Source: Eledone cirrhosa (lineage: Eukaryota). Taken from it: a stretch of DNA of 64,000 bases. The position numbers and the translations under genes are program-made. The stretch is taken from assembly GCA_964016885.1 (NCBI GenBank), contig OZ024751.1, forward strand, positions 42,408,001-42,472,000, given 5' to 3'. Under the pieces are notes generated by a model, which did no database searches, was not told where the DNA came from, and worked only from the letters and a program-made list of their open reading frames with translations. Shown here in pieces: positions 57,210-64,000 of the stretch. How positions within the stretch are numbered: position 1 is the first letter of the stretch; each line of letters begins with the position of its first letter.

Positions 57210-60200
57210 TATATAGTCAAGGATTGTTAGTGTGTGTGTGTGTATATAGTCAAGGATTGTGTAGTGTGTGTGTGTGTGTATATATAGTCAAGGATTGTGT
57301 AGTGTGTGTGTGTATATATAGTCAAGGATTGTGTAGTGTGTGTGTGTATATATAGTCAAGGATTGTGTAGTGTGTGTGTGTATATATAGTCAAGGATTGT
57401 GTAGTGTGTGTGTGTATATATAGTCAAGGATTGTGTAGTGTGTGTGTGTGTGTGTATAGTCAAGGATTGTGTAGTGTGTGTGTGTGTATATATAGTCAAG
57501 GATTGTGTAGTGTGTGTGTGTGTATATAGTCAAGGATTGTGTAGTGTGTGTGTGTGTGTATATATAGTCAAGGATTGTGTAGTGTGTGTGTGTATATATA
57601 GTCAAGGATTGTGTAGTGTGTGTGTGTATATATAGTCAAGGATTGTGTAGTGTGTGTGTGTATATATAGTCAAGGATTGTGTAGTGTGTGTGTGTATATA
57701 TAGTCAAGGATTGTGTAGTGTGTGTGTGTGTATATAGTCAAGGATTGTGTAGTGTGTGTGTGTGTGTATATATAGTCAAGGATTGTGTAGTGTGTGTGTG
57801 TATATATAGTCAAGGATTGTGTAGTGTGTGTGTGTATATATAGTCAAGGATTGTGTAGTGTGTGTGTGTATATATAGTCAAGGATTGTGTAGTGTGTGTG
57901 TGTATATATAGTCAAGGATTGTGTAGTGTGTGTGTGTGTATATAGTCAAGGATTGTGTAGTGTGTGTGTGTGTGTATATATAGTCAAGGATTGTGTAGTG
58001 TGTGTGTGTATATATAGTCAAGGATTGTGTAGTGTGTGTGTGTATATATAGTCGAGGATTGTGTAGTGTGTGTGTATATATAGTCGAGGATTGTGTAGTG
58101 TGTGTGTGTGTATATATAGTCAAGGATTGTGTAGTGTGTGTGTGTATATAGTCGAGGATTGTGTAGTGTGTGTGTGTATATATAGTCAAGGATTGTGTAG
58201 TGTGTGTGTGTATATATAGTCAAGGATTGTGTAGTGTGTGTGTGTATATATAGTCAAGGATTGTGTAGTGTGTGTGTGTATATATAGTCAAGGATTGTGT
58301 AGTGTGTGTGTGTGTATATAGTCAAGGATTGTGTAGTGTGTGTGTGTGTGTATATATAGTCAAGGATTGTGTAGTGTGTGTGTGTATATATAGTCAAGGA
58401 TTGTGTAGTGTGTGTGTGTATATATAGTCAAGGATTGTGTAGTGTGTGTGTGTATATATAGTCAAGGATTGTGTAGTGTGTGTGTGTATATATAGTCAAG
58501 GATTGTGTAGTGTGTGTGTGTGTGTGTATAGTCAAGGATTGTGTAGTGTGTGTGTGTGTATATATAGTCAAGGATTGTGTAGTGTGTGTGTGTATATATA
58601 GTCAAGGATTGTGTAGTGTGTGTGTGTGTATATAGTCAAGGATTGTGTAGTGTGTGAGTATATATAGTCAAGGATTATGTAGTGTGTGTGTGTGTATATA
58701 GTCAAGGATTGTGTAGTGTGTGTGTGTGTATATAGTCAAGGATTGTGTAGTGTGTGAGTATATATAGTCAAGGATTGTGTAGTGTGTGTGTGTGTATATA
58801 TAGTCAAGGATTGTGTAGTGTGTGTGTGTGTATATATATAGTCAAGGATTGTGTAGTGTGTGTGTGTATATATAGTCAAGGATTGTGTAGTGTGTGTGTG
58901 TGTATATAGTCAAGGATTGTGTAGTGTGTGAGTATATATAGTCAAGGATTGTGTAGTGTGTGTGTGTGTATATATAGTCAAGGATTGTGTAGTGTGTGTG
59001 TGTGTATATATATAGTCAAGGATTGTGTAGTGTAGTGTGTGTGTGTATATAGTCAAGGATTGTGTAGTGTGTGTGTGTATATATAGTCAAGGATTGTGTG
59101 TGTGTGTGTGTATATATAGTCAAGGATTGTGTAGTGTGTGTGTATATATAGTCAAGGATTGTGTAGTGTGTGTGTGTATATAGTCAAGGATTGTGTAGTG
59201 TGTGTGTGTATATATAGTCAAGGATTGTGTAGTGTGTGTGTGTATATATAGTCAAGGATTGTGTAGTGTGTGTGTGTGTGTATATATAGTCAAGGATTGT
59301 GTAGTGTGTGTGTGTATATAGTCGAGGATTGTGTGTGTGTGTATATATAGTCAAGGATTGTGTGTGTGTGTGTGTATATATAGTCAAGGATTGTGTGTGT
59401 GTGTGTGTATATATAGTCAAGGATTGTGTGTGTGTGTGTGTGTGTATATATAGTCGAGGATTGTGTGTGTGTGTGTGTATATATAGTCAAGGATTGTGTG
59501 TGTGTGTGTGTGTATATATATAGTCAAGGATTGTGTGTGTGTGTGTGTATATATAGTCAAGGATTGTGTAGTGTGTGTGTGTATATATAGTCAAGGATTG
59601 TGTAGTGTGTGTGTATATATAGTCAAGGATTGTGTAGTGTGTGTGTGTATATATAGTCAAGGATTGTGTAGTGTGTGTGTGTGTGTATATATAGTCAAGG
59701 ATTGTGTAGTGTGTGTGTGTGTATATATAGTCAAGGATTGTGTAGTGTGTGTGTATATATAGTCGAGGATTGTGTAGTGTAGTGTGTGTGTGTATATATA
59801 GTCAAGGATTGTGTAGTGTGTGTGTGTATATATAGTCAAGGATTATGTAGTGTGTGTGTGTATATATAGTCAAGGATTGTGTAGTGTGTGTATATATATA
59901 TAGTCAAGGATTGTGTAGTGTAGTGTGTGTGTGTATATAGTCAAGGATTGTGTAGTGTGTGTGTGTATATATAGTCAAGGATTGTGTGTGTGTGTGTGTA
60001 TATATAGTCAAGGATTGTGTGTGTGTGTGTATATATAGTCAAGGATTGTGTGTGTGTGTGTATATATAGTCAAGGATTGTGTAGTGTGTGTGTGTGTATA
60101 TAGTCGAGGATTGTGTAGTGTGTGTGTGTATATATAGTCAAGGATTGTGTAGTGTGTGTGTGTATATATAGTCAAGGATTGTGTAGTGTGTGTGTGTGTA

Positions 60201-61125
60201 TATATAGTCGAGGATTGTGTAGTGTGTGTGTATATATAGTCGAGGATTGTGTAGTGTGTGTGTGTGTATATATAGTCAAGGATTGTGTAGTGTGTGTGTG
60301 TATATAGTCGAGGATTGTGTAGTGTGTGTGTGTATATATAGTCAAGGATTGTGTGTGTGTGTGTGTGTATATAGTCAAGGATTGTGTAGTGTGTGTGTGT
60401 ATATATAGTCAAGGATTGTGTAGTGTGTGTGTGTGTATATATAGTCAAGGATTGTGTAGTGTGTGTGTATATATAGTCAAGGATTGTGTAGTGTGTGTGT
60501 GTATATATAGTCAAGGATTGTGTAGTGTGTGTGTGTGTATATATAGTCAAGGATTGTGTAGTGTGTGTGTATATATAGTCAAGGATTGTGTAGTGTTTGT
60601 GTGTGTATATATAGTCAAGGATTGTGTAGTGTGTGTGTATATATAGTCAAGGATTGTGTAGTGTGTGTGTGTGTATATATAGTCGAGGATTGTGTAGTGT
60701 GTGTGTGTATATATAGTCAAGGATTGTGTAGTGTGTGTGTGTGTATATATAGTCAAGGATTATGTAGTGTGTGTGTGTATATATAGTCAAGGATTGTGTA
60801 GTGTGTGTGTGTGTGTATATAGTCAAGGATTGTGTAGTGTGTGTGTGTATATATAGTCAAGGATTGTGTAGTGTGTGTGTGTATATATAGTCAAGGATTG
60901 TGTAGTGTGTGTGTGTATATATAGTCAAGGATTGTGTAGTGTGTGTGTGTATATATAGTCAAGGATTATGTAGTGTGTGTGTGTATATATAGTCAAGGAT
61001 TGTGTAGTGTGTGTGTGTGTGTATATAGTCAAGGATTGTGTAGTGTGTGTGTGTATATATTGTCAAGGATTGTGTAGTGTGTGTGTGTATATATAGTCAA
61101 GGATTGTGTAGTGTGTGTGTATATA
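57210..61125. repeat. About 3.9-kb satellite: constant agtcaaggattgtgta core separated by variable (GT)n(AT)n
   Basis: Roughly 110 units of about 32-40 bp. Confidence 0.95.
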
Positions 61126-61288
61126 TCAATATATAAATTTGAAAAGTGACCTGCATGGTTAAGGATATACAAGTGAGCCTCAAAAACTGAATGAAAACAA
61201 TGAAAAATGGACGAAACACAGGGCAATCCCTTCCCACCAGTCAACCGCTGGAGCTCATTGTGGTTTTGGTACTTTGTTGATGCCAGAA

Positions 61289-61770
61289 TGGTGTATATAT
61301 ATATTGTTGGCTAGGGTAGTGTATATATTGTTGGCTAGAATGGTGTATATATTGTTGGCTAGAATGGTGTATATATAAATTGCTGGCAAGGGTAGTGTGT
61401 ATATATATATATTGTTGGCTAGAATGGTGTATATATAAATTGCTGGCAAGGGTAGTGTGTATATATATATATTGTTGGCTAGAATGGTGTATATATAAAT
61501 TGCTGGCAAGGGTAGTGTGTATATATATATATATATTGTTGGCTAGAATGGTGTATATATAAATTGCTGGCAAGGGTAGTGTGTATATATATATATTGTT
61601 GGCTAGAATGGTGTATATATAAATTGCTGGCAAGGGTAGTGTGTATATATATATATTGTTGGCTAGAATGGTGTATATATAAATTGCTGGCAAGAGTAGT
61701 GTGTATATATATATATTGTTGGCTAGAATGGTGTATATATAAATTGCTGGCAAGAGTAGTGTGTATAAAT
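61289..61770. repeat. About 60-bp tandem repeat built from two related half units
   Basis: tggtgtatatataaattgctggcaagggtagtgtgtatatatatatattgttggctagaa, about 7 copies. Confidence 0.92.
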
Positions 61771-61859
61771 TGCTTTTGATGCCTACCAAGTTAAAGTTGT
61801 AATATTTACAAAGGATGTAGACACACACACATATATATACATGTGTATGTATATGTATT

Positions 61860-61904
<45 letters not shown>

Positions 61905-62132
61905 GCAAATGTATCTGTTTATATATATACGCATGTATATATATATGTATATATATATATGTATATACATGGATACAATGTTTTCTTTGTGGTTCATGTG
62001 ATGTGACTCTTCAGTCATCACATACATCAACAACAAATGTTTTAAGGCCTTTGTCTCTGCTTCAAGTCACCACATGCATTACTATGCAATTTAAAGTTGT
62101 AATACTTCTAAAGGATACACACATATATACAT

Positions 62133-62489
62133 GGAGGCACATGGCTTAGTGGTTAGAGCATTGGCCTTGCAATCGAAAGGTTGTGAGTTCAATTCTCAGA
62201 CCGGGTGATGTGTTGTTTCCTTGAGCAAGACACTTTATTTCACATTGCTCCAGTTTACTCAGCTGTAGAAATGAGATGATAGGGACTGGGGGTCCCTATC
62301 ATTCCACTGCAAAGTGGTCGTGGAGGTGCCACGGCAAAAAAGCACCCAGCCCTCACTGTAAATGAGGTTGGTGTTAGGAAGGGCATCCAGCTGTAGAAAT
62401 CAAGCCAGAATCAGTTCCCGTCCCACCCTTGCAAGCAGGGAAAAAGCAGACGTAAAATGAAATGATGATGATGATGATGATGAATGATG
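62133..62489 (+). mobile_element. SINE family S1
   Basis: Matches the 2375 copy. Confidence 0.92.
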
Positions 62490-63018
62490 ACACACACAGC
62501 TATGTTGGTACCACAACATCCAGGCTGAAACAAATGAGGTTGTGTAGGTGTCACGACAAAAAAACACACAGTCCACGCTGTAATGTGGCCGTGTAGGCAA
62601 CATGGGAAAAACCTCCCAGTTCCACACTGTAAATGTGGTTGGTGTTAGGAAGGGCATCCAGCTGTAGAAAACCCGCCAGACAGTCCACGCTGTAATGTGG
62701 CCGTGTAGGTAACACAGTAAAAACCTCCCAGTTCCACACTGTAAATGTGGTTGGTGTTAAGAAGGGCATCCAGCCGTAGAAAACCCGCCAGACAGTCCTA
62801 TGCGAACAAGACAACCACTCTTGCCTCAAGTGGGAAAACTCCCGTCCAAACCCATGTAAGCGTGGAATATGGACGTTAAACGATGATGATCACACAAACA
62901 CACACACACACAAACACACATATATATATATACTCACACACACATACATATTTATATACATATATATATATATATATATATACACTCATAATTATATTCA
63001 CACACATAGATACACATA

Positions 63019-63211
63019 CAAGGGTCGGCTGAAAAGTTCATAGGCAGACTATGGAGGAGTGATGCTAGAGCTGTGAAATCTTGCATGCATTAATTTCAAC
63101 TCTTATCAATAACTGCATTGTTTCTTTCCAGAGACTGTTGATAAATAAACCTCATTTGGTCATTCCATGAGAGTATCTTGGTCAGCCTATGGACTTTTCA
63201 GCTGACCCTCG
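63019..63211. mobile_element. Tc1/mariner-type MITE, reverse orientation
   Basis: caagggtcggctgaaaagttcatagg / cctatggacttttcagctgaccctcg. Confidence 0.82.
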
Positions 63212-63219
63212 TGTATGTA

Positions 63220-63301
<82 letters not shown>

Positions 63302-63554
63302 TACACACATATATATACATATACATACAGATATTATTATACAACTTAGCTCCATTAGTAACTGTGTATTAATTACCCATCACACATTTTATGTTATCAT
63401 TTGTTTAAATTTTAACTTCTTGTAACAACGCAGCAGAAAATATTTTAAAGCAGAATTTGTTAATTCAAATGTTTATAATATCTTTACTGGTGAATAGGTT
63501 GTTTTGAACATTTGCAATAAACTAAAGACTATATTTTTTCATCTGATGTAGCCA

Positions 63555-63875
63555 TATTGTTGTTTTATACTTTTCAAGAATGTCTTGTTAATGTGGTTTC
63601 ATGTGGTACAGTATGTTATGAGTTAATGTGATACAGTCATAGTGTTGTTTTATACTTTTCAAGAATGTTTTGTTAATGTGGTTTCATGTGGTACAGTATG
63701 TTATGAGTTAATGTGATAGTCATAGTGTTGTTTTATACTTTTCAAGAATGTTTTGTTAATGTGGTTTCATGTGGTACAGGATGTTATGATTTAATGTGAT
63801 ACAGTCATAGTGTTGTTTTATACTTTTCAAGAATGTCTTGTTAATGTGGTTTCATGTGGTACAGTATGTTATGAA
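63555..63875. repeat. About 85-bp tandem repeat (4 units) derived from a dispersed repeat
   Basis: Unit is the reverse complement of accacattagcaagacattcttgaaaaatacaaaacaacactatgact seen near 10490, 18690-18830 and 54260. Confidence 0.8.
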
Positions 63876-64000
63876 TTAATTCCTGCTGCTATTAATTAAA
63901 GCCCACTTAAAGTGCCTTATAATTAGTTAATATGTTCAGTTTTGTCATAGCTTGATGCCCGATGCCCTTCCCAGTCCTATCCAAGTATTTTATCACAAAA

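Noticed and set aside
57210-61125. Constant core plus variable spacer, CRISPR-like at a glance
   Set aside because: Spacers are only (GT)n(AT)n length variants, not acquired sequence.

Overview
This is an AT-rich, microsatellite-dense eukaryotic window. The SINE and repeat content looks invertebrate, probably cephalopod (Octopus-like); that assignment is inference. Nearly all ORFs in the track are microsatellite artefacts. Real coding remnants are a 5'-truncated Penelope-like element (PLE) with an intact C-terminal GIY-YIG ORF (21565-22656, minus), four RTE-type LINE 3' fragments, and a probable first exon of a host gene (ATG 38917, tandem CRE plus YY1 promoter, donor at 38934). The rest is tRNA-derived SINEs, TA and TTAA MITEs, and satellites. 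The main signal is about 20 short non-coding elements from about 9 unrelated sequence families inserted in (TA)n tracts. Most are fold-back (palindromic) and most carry recognisable type I hammerhead ribozymes or halves of them. Nearly all families, and the coding PLE, share a bulged hairpin RCTC-stem-(TT/TA/TC)-GAGY-NCT lying 3-9 nt beyond the point where the short arm merges into the (TA)n target. All structures were folded by eye; no searches were run.
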